DNA from: Minisyncoccota bacterium
GTDB taxonomy: Bacteria > Patescibacteriota > Minisyncoccia > Phycocordibacterales > UBA1550
NCBI GenBank assembly: GCA_023229865.1
Contig: JALNYL010000003.1
Coordinates: 22,109 to 86,108 of the forward strand
DNA: 64,000 nt
Direction of reading: 5' to 3'
Below are positions 1 to 9,282 of this stretch, in pieces. The stretch's first letter is position 1. The number at the start of each line of letters is the position of its first letter. The notes below the pieces were generated by a model. That model had not been told where the DNA came from, ran no database searches, and saw only the letters and a list, made by a program, of their open reading frames with translations. The translations under genes were made by a program, and so were the position numbers.

Positions 1-143
1 GTTAGAAAAGAAGAACCCTTGTTGCTGTCCTAAATGGTAGCACCCCAACCGACAATACACAATGATGTTGCCAGAATCGCAAAAATCTGGTATTATGGGT
101 CGCCTCGGTAGGGTTTCTCAACAAAATTTTAATACAAAAAAAT

Positions 144-2735
144 ATGGCAGAAAAAAACAATTTACGTCCAAGACGCGAATCAGCTGATTCGAAAGCTTTA
201 AGCACTATCACGGTTCGTGGCGCACGCACCCACAATCTCAAGAACATTGACCTTGAGATCCCACGCGACAAGATGATCGTTTTCACGGGACTCTCTGGAT
301 CAGGGAAGTCTTCGCTTGCGTTTGATACTATTTTTGCCGAAGGCCAGCGTCGTTACGTGGAGTCTCTTTCTGCGTATGCGCGTCAGTTTTTGAATCAAAT
401 GCAGAAGCCTGACGTTGATGAGATTACGGGGCTCTCGCCATCTATTTCTATCGACCAAAAGTCTCACTCATCAAATCCTCGTTCGACCGTAGCAACCATG
501 ACTGAGGTATATGACTACTTGCGTGTTCTTTATGCGCGTATCGGCAAGCCACACTGCCTTGTGTGCGGGACAGAAATCAAGCGCCTCGGCACAGAAGAAA
601 TTTTGAATTTCATTATGGACGAAATCAAGGGGCCAGAAGGGAAGAAGGCTGCTTCGGTACGCATCTTTGCACCACTCGTGCGCGGTCGCAAAGGTGAATA
701 TTATCAGATGCTTTATGACCTCCTTGGAAAAGGATTTTTGATGGTGCGCATCGACGGAGCAATGAAAAACTTGCGCGAGAAGATTGAGCTCTCAAAAACA
801 AAGAAACACGAAATCGATGTTCTCGTCGATGAGATTTTGCTTTCTGATTTTAAGGGGAAAGAGAAGGGAAGAGAGCGCCTCGGCGAAGCAGTAGAAAAAG
901 CAATTGATGAGTCACAGAGCCTTGTGCGCATCGTGCTATCAAATGAGAAGGGCGATATCAAGGACTTCATAATGTCCAACCGTTTTGCATGCCCCAACGA
1001 CGGCTTTTCTTATCCAGAAATCGAGCCACGACTTTTCTCATTCAACTCGCCATATGGGGCATGCCCACTCTGTAACGGCCTCGGCACAAAACACTTTTTT
1101 GGGAAAGAAAACTGTCCCGACTGTGAAGGTGCGCGCCTCCGTAAAGAAGCGCTCAATGTTTTTGTGAACGGCAAAAACATTTCGGAAGTAGTAAATATGT
1201 CCATTCAAGATGCCTCGGACTTTTTTGCTGATCTTAAAATTTCCTCACGTGACAAGGATATCTCCGTACCTGTTGTAAAAGAAATTCAAAACCGTATCTC
1301 GTTCATGCTCGAAGTTGGTCTCAACTACCTCACGCTCAGCCGTCGTGCGGGAACACTCTCGGGTGGAGAAGGTCAGCGTATTCGTCTCGCCTCACAACTT
1401 GGCTCACGTCTCGTGGGCGCGCTCTATGTGCTCGACGAACCAACCATCGGACTTCATCAGCGTGACAACGACCGCCTCATCAAGACACTCAAAGAGCTTC
1501 GTGATATCGGCAACACTATCATTGTGGTTGAGCACGACGAAGACACCATTTTTGCTGCAGACTATATGGTGGACATTGGCCCAGGAGCAGGTGTGCACGG
1601 TGGTAACATCGTTGTCTCAGGCGACCTCGATGAGCTCATCACGAATCCAAAGAAATATAAATCACTCACCCTCGACTATCTTCGTGGAGATGTGGCCGTG
1701 GAGGTTCCAAAGCGACGCGATACCGACAAGGGGCACCTTCGTATTAGAAACGGCAACGTCTACAACATCAAACAACTTGATGCGGATATTCCGCTCGGGA
1801 AATTTGTAACCATTACCGGCGTTTCTGGTTCGGGGAAATCGACATTTATGTACGAGCTTATCCATCGCAATCTCCAAGCGCGCCTTGAATTCAAGTACCG
1901 TACTGCTGATATTTTTAACTGTGAAAGTTTTACTGGCACCGAGTACCTCTCGCGTGTGGTCCTCATTGACCAGTCCGCAATCGGTCGCACACCACGCTCA
2001 AACCCTGCGACATATACAGGCGCATTTACCTTCATCCGCGATCTCTTTGCCGAGACGGCAGAAGCGCGACTTCGTGGCTGGGGCCCTGGACGTTTTTCAT
2101 TCAACGTAAAAGGTGGTCGCTGTGAGACTTGCCAGGGTAACGGCACTATCGCCGTTGAAATGCACTTCTTACCAACCGTGTATGTAACCTGTGATGTTTG
2201 TCGCGGAAAGCGCTTCGACAAAGACACCCTTGAAGTAAAATACAAAAAGAAAAATATCTACGAGGTGCTCGAGATGACTGTAGAGGAAGCGACGGATTTC
2301 TTTATCGACATTCCTGCCATCTATGATCGCTTGAAGACGTTGAACGAAGTGGGTCTTAGCTACCTAAAACTCGGACAATCAGCAACCACCCTTTCTGGTG
2401 GCGAGGCGCAGCGTGTGAAGATTTCTTCGGAGCTTTATCGTCCTCACGTGGAAAAAACAATCTATCTTCTCGACGAACCAACGGTTGGACTCCACTACGA
2501 AGATGTACGCAAACTCATTGAGATTTTGCAAAAACTTGTTGATAAGGGGAATAGCGTCATCCTCATTGAACACAATATGGATGTCATCAAGAGTTCGGAC
2601 TATGTGATTGATATCGGACCAGAAGGTGGTGAAGGAGGCGGGCAAATCGTCGCACGAGGGACTCCAGAGCAAATCGCAGGGGCTGCAGGCTCGCACACAG
2701 GAAAGTACTTGAAGAAAGTATTGAAAAAGAAATAG
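144..2735 (+). CDS. uvrA: Excinuclease ABC subunit A
   Basis: Two ABC ATPase modules ([26 protein letters not shown]), CxxC zinc fingers and the typical [10 protein letters not shown] motif. Confidence 0.98.
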   Translation: MAEKNNLRPRRESADSKALSTITVRGARTHNLKNIDLEIPRDKMIVFTGLSGSGKSSLAFDTIFAEGQRRYVESLSAYARQFLNQMQKPDVDEITGLSPSISIDQKSHSSNPRSTVATMTEVYDYLRVLYARIGKPHCLVCGTEIKRLGTEEILNFIMDEIKGPEGKKAASVRIFAPLVRGRKGEYYQMLYDLLGKGFLMVRIDGAMKNLREKIELSKTKKHEIDVLVDEILLSDFKGKEKGRERLGEAVEKAIDESQSLVRIVLSNEKGDIKDFIMSNRFACPNDGFSYPEIEPRLFSFNSPYGACPLCNGLGTKHFFGKENCPDCEGARLRKEALNVFVNGKNISEVVNMSIQDASDFFADLKISSRDKDISVPVVKEIQNRISFMLEVGLNYLTLSRRAGTLSGGEGQRIRLASQLGSRLVGALYVLDEPTIGLHQRDNDRLIKTLKELRDIGNTIIVVEHDEDTIFAADYMVDIGPGAGVHGGNIVVSGDLDELITNPKKYKSLTLDYLRGDVAVEVPKRRDTDKGHLRIRNGNVYNIKQLDADIPLGKFVTITGVSGSGKSTFMYELIHRNLQARLEFKYRTADIFNCESFTGTEYLSRVVLIDQSAIGRTPRSNPATYTGAFTFIRDLFAETAEARLRGWGPGRFSFNVKGGRCETCQGNGTIAVEMHFLPTVYVTCDVCRGKRFDKDTLEVKYKKKNIYEVLEMTVEEATDFFIDIPAIYDRLKTLNEVGLSYLKLGQSATTLSGGEAQRVKISSELYRPHVEKTIYLLDEPTVGLHYEDVRKLIEILQKLVDKGNSVILIEHNMDVIKSSDYVIDIGPEGGEGGGQIVARGTPEQIAGAAGSHTGKYLKKVLKKK

Positions 2736-2768
2736 ACCCGCGCATGAAGCGAGGGTCTATGGTAAGGA

Positions 2769-3296
2769 TTACACTTCTTCTCCTTCGAGGAACCAGTGTT
2801 CGAGAGTGCGTTTGATTTGCGAATCATCTCTCAACCAGTCTTTTTTGCCTTTATAGAAAACGAAGTTGTTCTTCATGAGAAGAATCGTGAGGAGAGCAAT
2901 ATCTTCTTCTGTGAGCCCTGGAGCGTATTTTTCCTTGAGAAGGATTTGCTCGCGAACGAACTCGTAGACTTTTGGGTACCTGGTACGTGCGACAGCAGCG
3001 TCGCCATACACACTCACCATAACACCCCATGAATGAAGAAGGTATCCTTCAAGCCTCTCTCCAGAAACCCCGCGGAGCTCCATCAGATTGAGATAAGGAC
3101 TATCTGCCCCACGGCGCTCAGGAAGACGGACCAATTCAAAGGTCAGATCCTCTGCGCAAACTGCAAGTATTTTGCTGGTACAAAAGAGGCAGAAGACAGG
3201 AGTATTGCGTGTTATCACGCTTACCACCATCTGATAAATCTCCGGGAAAAGCATGGAGCACGAGACAAGGCGAGTGCTACTCAATTTCAGGTCCAT
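2769..3296 (-). CDS. Hypothetical protein; probable start MDLKLSS at 3296
   Basis: Fills the uvrA-uvrC gap; GGGAGG SD 6 nt before ATG 3296; the upstream ORF extension overlaps uvrC. Confidence 0.6.
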   Translation of the reverse strand: MDLKLSSTRLVSCSMLFPEIYQMVVSVITRNTPVFCLFCTSKILAVCAEDLTFELVRLPERRGADSPYLNLMELRGVSGERLEGYLLHSWGVMVSVYGDAAVARTRYPKVYEFVREQILLKEKYAPGLTEEDIALLTILLMKNNFVFYKGKKDWLRDDSQIKRTLEHWFLEGEEV

Positions 3297-3366
3297 GGCG
3301 GCCTCCCTAGGTTGATTAAGAACTAAGCTATAATTTACTATATACTTAGTATTGAAGAACTGCAAT

Positions 3367-4569
3367 ATGAACAAACTAACATCTAAACTCCCCGACAATC
3401 CTGGCGTATATATCTTCCGCGGACCTAAGCGTGAGATTTTGTACATCGGGAAAGCCACATCTCTCAAGAGCCGCGTCGCGAGCTATTTTCGACGTGACCT
3501 CATTGCCACTCGCGGTCCTATTCTCCTAGGGATGGTTGAGACTGCAAAAAGCGTGGACCATATTGAGACCGATTCCGTCCTTGAAGCGCTCATTCTCGAA
3601 GCGCACCTCATCAAGAAGCACCTTCCGCCATACAATACCAAAGAGAAGGACAATAAGAGTTTTAATTATGTTGTCATCACCAAAGAAGATTTTCCGAGGA
3701 TCATCACGATGCGCGGACGAGAGATAGAAACTGACGCTTCTAATATTAAGTATTCATTTGGTCCATTTCCACAAGGAAGCGTCCTCCGAGAAGCACTCAA
3801 TATTGTTCGCAAGATTTTTCCATTCAGAGACAAGTGCAAACCAAAAGAAGGGAAGCCATGTTTTAATGCGCAGATTGGGCTTTGTCCTGGAGTGTGTGCA
3901 GGGACTATTTCAAAAACAGAATACGCAAAAACAATTCGTCGCATTAAACTTTTTTTTGAAGGGAAGAAGAAAACTCTCATCAGTGGACTTGAGCGTGAGA
4001 TGAAAACAGCAGCAAAGAATTTAAAATTTGAAGAAGCAAACCGCATCAAGAAAATGATTTTTGCACTCAATCATATTCACGATGTGGCTCTCTTAAAAGC
4101 TGGGTTTGAATCCAGAATAAAGAACGACGAGGGATACAGAATTGAAGCCTATGACGTGGCTCATATTTCAGGCACAAACGTTGTCGGCGTAATGGTCGTT
4201 ACGGAAGGTGGTGAGCCCAAGAAGAGCGATTATCGAAAGTTTAAAATCCGCACAAGCAAAAATGACGACAATGCGTCACTCTTTGAAATGCTCGAGCGTC
4301 GCTTTAATCACAGCGAGTGGCCAATGCCGAAGCTCATTGTGGTGGACGGAGGCAAAGCTCAGGTAAACACCGCGGAAAAAGCTCTTAAAGCATGGGGGAT
4401 TGCAATCCCTGTGGTTGGTGTCGTCAAAGACGAGCACCACCGAGCACGCGAAATAATTGGCGACACCAAGTCGCGTACCACACACGAGCGTGCAATCCTC
4501 CTCGCCAACAGCGAAGCGCACCGTTTTGCAATAGGATTCCACAGGCAGCTCCGAGGGAAGATAAGGTAA
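3367..4569 (+). CDS. uvrC: Excinuclease ABC subunit C (compact, no C-terminal HhH)
   Basis: GIY-YIG N-terminus (PGVYIF..YIGKA), UVR motif FEEA, RNase H-like IEAYDVAHISG..VDGG..EAHRFA. Confidence 0.95.
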   Translation: MNKLTSKLPDNPGVYIFRGPKREILYIGKATSLKSRVASYFRRDLIATRGPILLGMVETAKSVDHIETDSVLEALILEAHLIKKHLPPYNTKEKDNKSFNYVVITKEDFPRIITMRGREIETDASNIKYSFGPFPQGSVLREALNIVRKIFPFRDKCKPKEGKPCFNAQIGLCPGVCAGTISKTEYAKTIRRIKLFFEGKKKTLISGLEREMKTAAKNLKFEEANRIKKMIFALNHIHDVALLKAGFESRIKNDEGYRIEAYDVAHISGTNVVGVMVVTEGGEPKKSDYRKFKIRTSKNDDNASLFEMLERRFNHSEWPMPKLIVVDGGKAQVNTAEKALKAWGIAIPVVGVVKDEHHRAREIIGDTKSRTTHERAILLANSEAHRFAIGFHRQLRGKIR

Positions 4570-4572
4570 GAG

Positions 4573-4612
4573 AAAAGAGCCCGATTGTGCTTTGCGCAAT
4601 CGGGCTCTTTTT
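4573..4612. terminator. Bidirectional intrinsic terminator between uvrC and the yqeY-like gene
   Basis: AAAAGAGCCCGATTG...CAATCGGGCTCTTTT inverted repeat between convergent genes. Confidence 0.8.
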
Positions 4613-4625
4613 CAGTAATTAATTC

Positions 4626-5081
4626 CTAAGCGAAGAGTGCGTCCACTACCGCCTTCACATCACCACCATCCGCCTTACCTGCAAGGTCTTTCATAATAGC
4701 TCCCGTGAGCTGACCTGCCTTTGCTTTGTCGGTTACGCCGAGCTCATCCTTCTTTGCACGAGCAACGACTTCGATTTCCTCACGTGACATGAGAGTAGGG
4801 AGGTACTTTTCGAGAATTGCGAGTTCAGCCTGCTCACCCTCTGCGAGTTCTGGACGTCCGCCGTCAGCAAACTGCTTAATAGAATCCTTGCGCTGATTTG
4901 AAAGACGCTTGATGACCTTGAGGACACCTTCGTCATCGAGGATAGCGTCAGGAGCCTTGCTTGTTGCAACGAGCTCATTAACGAAAGCTGCGACCATTCC
5001 GCGAACCACCGAGAGGCGCACTGCGTCCTTGGCCTTCATTGCTTCTTTGATCTCACCTTTAATTTGTTCGTGTAGGGACAT
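4626..5081 (-). CDS. GatB/YqeY domain protein
   Basis: KEAMKAKD, QRKDSIKQF..GGRPELA..E..ILEKYLP and GKADG motifs. Confidence 0.9.
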   Translation of the reverse strand: MSLHEQIKGEIKEAMKAKDAVRLSVVRGMVAAFVNELVATSKAPDAILDDEGVLKVIKRLSNQRKDSIKQFADGGRPELAEGEQAELAILEKYLPTLMSREEIEVVARAKKDELGVTDKAKAGQLTGAIMKDLAGKADGGDVKAVVDALFA

Positions 5082-5140
5082 ATTGAAAATATATTAAATT
5101 AATCCACCAAGTATACGCTGTTTTAACACCAATTTCACCA

Positions 5141-5170
5141 TTGACATTGTATTAATATATGTGGTATTAT
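5141..5170 (+). promoter_or_regulatory. Sigma70-type promoter of the GGDEF gene
   Basis: TTGACA, 18-nt spacer, TATTAT preceded by TG; GGAGG SD at 5205-5209. Confidence 0.65.
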
Positions 5171-5213
5171 TGCTATAGATGTAATTTCGACAATTTCTCT
5201 TTACGGAGGTCTT

Positions 5214-5825
5214 ATGATGAACGGTCAACGCTCCCAAGATCCGGTAGTTCTTTGGGCTATTATCGATGCACAAGCAGCACAAATCATACGTCTCGAAACA
5301 TTGTATCAAGAAGCAAGCAAAGATGAGCTCACTGGGCTCCCGAAGCGCGCAGAACTGATGGAGGCAACAAACAACGCCCTGAGTAAAGGGCATCTGCCGA
5401 CATCGATGATTTTCCTCGATCTCAATGGATTCAAGAATATCAACGACACCATCGGGCATGACGCAGCGGACTCTCTCTTGATCCAATTCGCACAATTCCT
5501 CAGGGAGCAACGCGAAGGATTAGGGGACGCATCGGTTCTGGTCACTATCGCTCGTCTATATCGCGGAGACGAATTTGCCATTCTTTTGACCCACACAGGG
5601 GCAAAAGATGCAATCGAATTCGCTATGGCAATCAAAGAAGCACTGAAGGAACATCCATTTGCTGTAAACGGCGCGAAGATATCGCTTCGTTCAGCGATAG
5701 GGGTATCGACGACCGGCTTAGGCATTTCTACAGTCGGTGAGCTTTTGAACCATGCCGACAAGGCTATGTACCAAGACAAGCAGGAGATGTCGGAAAGAGG
5801 GGAAGTTACTGAGGTGATGAAATAA
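5214..5825 (+). CDS. Stand-alone GGDEF-domain protein (RGDEF variant)
   Basis: DELTGLP, FLDLNGFKNINDTIGH, RLYRGDEF, SAIGVS, ADKAMYQDK. Confidence 0.9.
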   Translation: MMNGQRSQDPVVLWAIIDAQAAQIIRLETLYQEASKDELTGLPKRAELMEATNNALSKGHLPTSMIFLDLNGFKNINDTIGHDAADSLLIQFAQFLREQREGLGDASVLVTIARLYRGDEFAILLTHTGAKDAIEFAMAIKEALKEHPFAVNGAKISLRSAIGVSTTGLGISTVGELLNHADKAMYQDKQEMSERGEVTEVMK

Positions 5826-5837
5826 CCACCTCAAGAC

Positions 5838-5873
5838 ACAGGCTACCAGCAATTGGTAGCCTGTTTTTCTTTT
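5838..5873 (+). terminator. Intrinsic terminator
   Basis: ACAGGCTACCA/TGGTAGCCTGT stem followed by a T-tract. Confidence 0.8.
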
Positions 5874-5899
5874 GCCTACCCCTGTAGTACAATACATAA

Positions 5900-6097
5900 A
5901 TGGAACAAGAAATTTTAAACCGCTTACAAGCCCAAGAAGAGCTTCTTCAAAAGGTCTACGCGTCAACAGAGAAATCTCGCAAATACCTTATGTGGACATT
6001 CTGGGGGACAGTACTCTTTTTTGTTCTTCCTCTCGTCCTCCTCGCAATCGCCATCCCAACACTCCTTTCTTCATTTAGTACACTCTACGGAATCTAA
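5900..6097 (+). CDS. Small single-TM hypothetical protein
   Basis: Coiled N-terminus plus hydrophobic helix; TACAAT -10 six nt upstream; lies directly before rmuC. Confidence 0.75.
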   Translation: MEQEILNRLQAQEELLQKVYASTEKSRKYLMWTFWGTVLFFVLPLVLLAIAIPTLLSSFSTLYGI

Positions 6098-6103
6098 TCA
6101 ACC

Positions 6104-7228
6104 ATGGAACCAATCATTCTTATTTTCATCGGACTCATCGCGGGAGCTCTCGTTGCTTTCGTAATTGTTTCGCTCCTCCGCAAACAAGCCCCTGCGCATG
6201 ACGCACAAAACGACGCACTTCTTCTCATTCAAAACCAAATCGGTAATTTCCAGTCACAACTCAACAAAGAGCTTGGAGATTTTATGAAGACAGTGGACGC
6301 AAAGGTTGGCTCATCAAACAAAGAAATGCAGCAAGCAGTGCATATGCAATTTAGCGAATCACAAAAGCTCATCCGCGAAATCAACGAGCAAGTGGAGCGC
6401 AATCTTTCAAACGTTGCCAAGGAAATGACCGCGGCCAACGAAACATCGAAGCAGGTTCTCGGCATTACTGACCAGCTCCAAAATCTCGAAAAAGTTCTCA
6501 CGCACCAAAAGCAGAGAGGGAACCTCGGGGAGGCAGCTCTCGAGCTCATCCTTTCAAATATCTTGCCACCGACCGCTTACAAACTTCAGCATCAGTTTAA
6601 GAGTGGCGAGACTGTTGACGCTGTCATCATTACCAAAGATGGCATGATCCCCGTTGATGCGAAATTTTCGCTCGACAATTACAACCGTGTTGTAAACGAA
6701 GCTGATCCTGCGCGCAAAGAAGAACTCGAAAAAGATTTTCGCAACGACCTCAAGAAGCGCATCGACGAAACCGCAAAATATGTTCGCCCCGCAGAAGGCA
6801 CACTTCCGTTTGCTTTTATGTTTATTCCTGCAGAAGGAATTTACTATGACCTCCTTATCAACGAAGTCGGTGCCGTAAAGGTAAACACCCGCAGCCTCAT
6901 CGATTATGCTACCAACGAAAAGAAGGTGATTATCGTATCACCGACGACGTTTGCCGCATACCTCCAGTCGGTTCTATACGGCTTCCGCGCGTTCAAAATC
7001 GAAGAATCAGCACAGCTCATCATTGGGCGCGTCGAGGAGCTCAGGAAGCATTTGGTGGCTTATGAGGACTACATGAAGAAACTCGGCAACACTCTCGGAA
7101 CAACGGTAAACCACTACAACGCAGCCTACAAAGAGCTCAAAAAAGTGGACAAAGATATGGTCAAAATCACCGACGGAGCCGCAAGTATCGACCCTCTCCT
7201 CATCGAAAAACCCTTAATTGAGGAGTAA
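6104..7228 (+). CDS. rmuC: DNA recombination protein RmuC
   Basis: N-terminal TM, coiled coil, RGNLGE..LE, PVDAKF, FAFMFIPAEGIY, SPTT motifs. Confidence 0.93.
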   Translation: MEPIILIFIGLIAGALVAFVIVSLLRKQAPAHDAQNDALLLIQNQIGNFQSQLNKELGDFMKTVDAKVGSSNKEMQQAVHMQFSESQKLIREINEQVERNLSNVAKEMTAANETSKQVLGITDQLQNLEKVLTHQKQRGNLGEAALELILSNILPPTAYKLQHQFKSGETVDAVIITKDGMIPVDAKFSLDNYNRVVNEADPARKEELEKDFRNDLKKRIDETAKYVRPAEGTLPFAFMFIPAEGIYYDLLINEVGAVKVNTRSLIDYATNEKKVIIVSPTTFAAYLQSVLYGFRAFKIEESAQLIIGRVEELRKHLVAYEDYMKKLGNTLGTTVNHYNAAYKELKKVDKDMVKITDGAASIDPLLIEKPLIEE

Positions 7229-7308
7229 AAAGCTCTATTTTTACGATTTTCGTCAAAAAGTCCCTCTACTATTGCATTTTCTTTTGTTTAGTGTAGAATA
7301 CAAGGACT

Positions 7309-7626
7309 ATGAATTTTGCAGTAATACAGACAGGTGGCAAGCAGTATAAAGTAGCAGCTGGCGAGACTCTCCTTATCGAGAAGCTTCCTGGCGAGCCAAA
7401 AGTAGGGGACAAGATCGTTTTTGATCAGGTTCTCCTCGTTAATGACGGCTCAAAAACTCTTATCGGTGCGCCAACCGTAGCAGGGGCAGCAGTTCATGCA
7501 ACCCTCGCAGAGGAAGGAAAGGGAAAGAAAGTTGTCGTTATCCGCTACCGCAACAAGTCACGCTACTTCAAGAAGAACGGCCATCGCCAGCCTTTTATGA
7601 AAGTAACGATCGACGCGATTAAGTAA
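7309..7626 (+). CDS. rplU: 50S ribosomal protein L21
   Basis: FAVIQTGGKQYKV...GHRQPF. Confidence 0.98.
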   Translation: MNFAVIQTGGKQYKVAAGETLLIEKLPGEPKVGDKIVFDQVLLVNDGSKTLIGAPTVAGAAVHATLAEEGKGKKVVVIRYRNKSRYFKKNGHRQPFMKVTIDAIK

Positions 7627-7637
7627 CTCTCAAAAAG

Positions 7638-7664
7638 AAAAACCCGCAGTAATGCGGGTTTTTT
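7638..7664. terminator. Bidirectional terminator
   Basis: AAAAACCCGCA/TGCGGGTTTTT between convergent genes. Confidence 0.8.
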
Positions 7665-7685
7665 GTTTATCAACTTATTATTGAA

Positions 7686-8003
7686 TCATTCTGTAATCGT
7701 ACTCCCACCCGGACCACGATAGACTGAACTGAAGCCATCGGCCCCGTGTAGTGGGTCAGGATTTTCTTCGGGCGCTTTTGGCCCCACACGGTCGTAGAAT
7801 GCCCTGGCCTTTTCGCTGGTGGGTTCCGATATCGTGCGCAGTGCCGCTTGAGTATCGCCACAGTCTGACCACGCGTGGTGTTTGAGTGGAACCCCACATC
7901 CGTGTGGACATGATGGCTCTTCTTTTGTTTTTCCACGGAGCATCTTCTTAAGTTTCCATATTAAATACGAAACCTGTGAAGCGAGCCATTTAAGACTAAG
8001 CAT
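7686..8003 (-). CDS. Hypothetical Cys-motif protein (CPHGCGVPL); probable start 8003
   Basis: AAAGGAGAA SD before ATG 8003; shares the CGxPL motif with its upstream neighbours. Confidence 0.55.
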   Translation of the reverse strand: MLSLKWLASQVSYLIWKLKKMLRGKTKEEPSCPHGCGVPLKHHAWSDCGDTQAALRTISEPTSEKARAFYDRVGPKAPEENPDPLHGADGFSSVYRGPGGSTITE

Positions 8004-8337
8004 GGTTATTCTCCTTTGTTGGGACATTTACCTCAAACCTTATTGAGCATTCGATATTTACCAAGGCGGGGTCGCCATTTTCAAGATGCACATACTTTAC
8101 ACCACGAAGGTGGTCTGTACTCAGGGGCTTACCACAGTACCCACATCCGCAAACTTTTGGTGCTTGTGAATTTTTGTTATCCAGTTCCTTGCCATAAGCC
8201 GACTCGAAGCAGCTGATGTTCATCACGACCATCACACCTTCGATTTCTTTTTCTCGAACTTGGTTCGGGTCATCGTTCAATGGACAGCCACACTTACATC
8301 CGCAGAGTTTTGGTTCCTGAGAATCTTTCTCATCCAT
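7996..8337 (-). CDS. Hypothetical protein with two tandem Cys-rich repeats
   Basis: SQEPKLCGCKCGCPL..NISC and SQAPKVCGCGYCGKPL..NIEC; AAGGAGAACGAG leader. Confidence 0.75.
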   Translation of the reverse strand: MDEKDSQEPKLCGCKCGCPLNDDPNQVREKEIEGVMVVMNISCFESAYGKELDNKNSQAPKVCGCGYCGKPLSTDHLRGVKYVHLENGDPALVNIECSIRFEVNVPTKENNHA

Positions 8338-8355
8338 CTCGTTCTCCTTACTGAA

Positions 8356-8598
8356 TCAATCAACTGGTCCACTGTTTTTCGGTCCATGGACACCAGGGCC
8401 ACCGATGGGGTGTTCATCGATAAATTTGCCTATTTTTTCAAAGTAGCAATCCTCGTTGACAAGCACTCGCCTTTCGCCAATCTTCATCCAGTGCGGACCA
8501 AGGGGGTCATTCATTTCAAGCGGCTTCCCGCATCCACAGCCACAAAGCTCCGCAGGTGCTGGTTCCCTGTTCAGAAACTCAGTTACGCTCATTGCCAT
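8356..8598 (-). CDS. Small Cys-rich putative zinc-binding protein
   Basis: LCGCGCGKPL..VNEDCY; same AAGGAGAACGAGATGG leader as the next gene. Confidence 0.75.
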   Translation of the reverse strand: MAMSVTEFLNREPAPAELCGCGCGKPLEMNDPLGPHWMKIGERRVLVNEDCYFEKIGKFIDEHPIGGPGVHGPKNSGPVD

Positions 8599-8668
8599 CT
8601 CGTTCTCCTTTTGGTTTATTTAGGTACAAAAACTTCCTACAAAAAGATTAACACAACAGGGGAGTAAA

Positions 8669-9280
8669 TCAACCTCTATTCTTGAGTGCGTGACGAAGTG
8701 TGTCACCGTCTGAATACTCGAGCTCGGTCCCTGTCGAAAGCCCGCGCCCAAGGGTTGTGATTGTAATACCGAGTTGTTCTGCAATAGGCTTGAGCGCTTT
8801 GATGACATAATCGCGCGTAAAGTCTCCTTCGGGATTTACTGAGAGGGCAAGGATGATTTCCGTGAGGCCATCAGCTGCATCGCCTTCGATACGTGCGAGG
8901 AGTTCATTGATGCGAATCTTTGAAGCAGGGTCTCGCTCGAGGACGGGGATTGTCCCGCCGAGAATAAAATATCTTCCCGCATAGCTTCCACTGCGACGGA
9001 CACTTTCAAAATCAGTGTCTTTCTCTACTACCATAAGTGTCGCACTGTCAGCATCGTCGATACACACAGAGCAAAGTCTGCCTTCGCCCGCGCGAGGGTA
9101 AAAACGATAACACCCCTCACACTGCACAATCTCACGTTTGAGCGCTGCGATTTCACGCGCGAGTGAGTCTACGAAATGCGGATCTTGTGCAAGGAGAAAA
9201 TACACAAAGCGTTTTGCTTGGCGTGTCCCGATCCCGGGAAACTTCATAAATAATTGTGCGAGAGAATCAATTGAACTCAT
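8669..9280 (-). CDS. recR: Recombination mediator RecR
   Basis: HhH PGIG, C4 zinc finger, TOPRIM, GTELEYSD. Confidence 0.96.
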   Translation of the reverse strand: MSSIDSLAQLFMKFPGIGTRQAKRFVYFLLAQDPHFVDSLAREIAALKREIVQCEGCYRFYPRAGEGRLCSVCIDDADSATLMVVEKDTDFESVRRSGSYAGRYFILGGTIPVLERDPASKIRINELLARIEGDAADGLTEIILALSVNPEGDFTRDYVIKALKPIAEQLGITITTLGRGLSTGTELEYSDGDTLRHALKNRG

Positions 9281-9282
9281 TG

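Noticed and set aside
20-55. c-di-GMP-I riboswitch (CCTAAA..GGTAGC..ACCGA resemblance)
   Set aside because: The GCAAA/GAAA elements and P1 pairing are missing.
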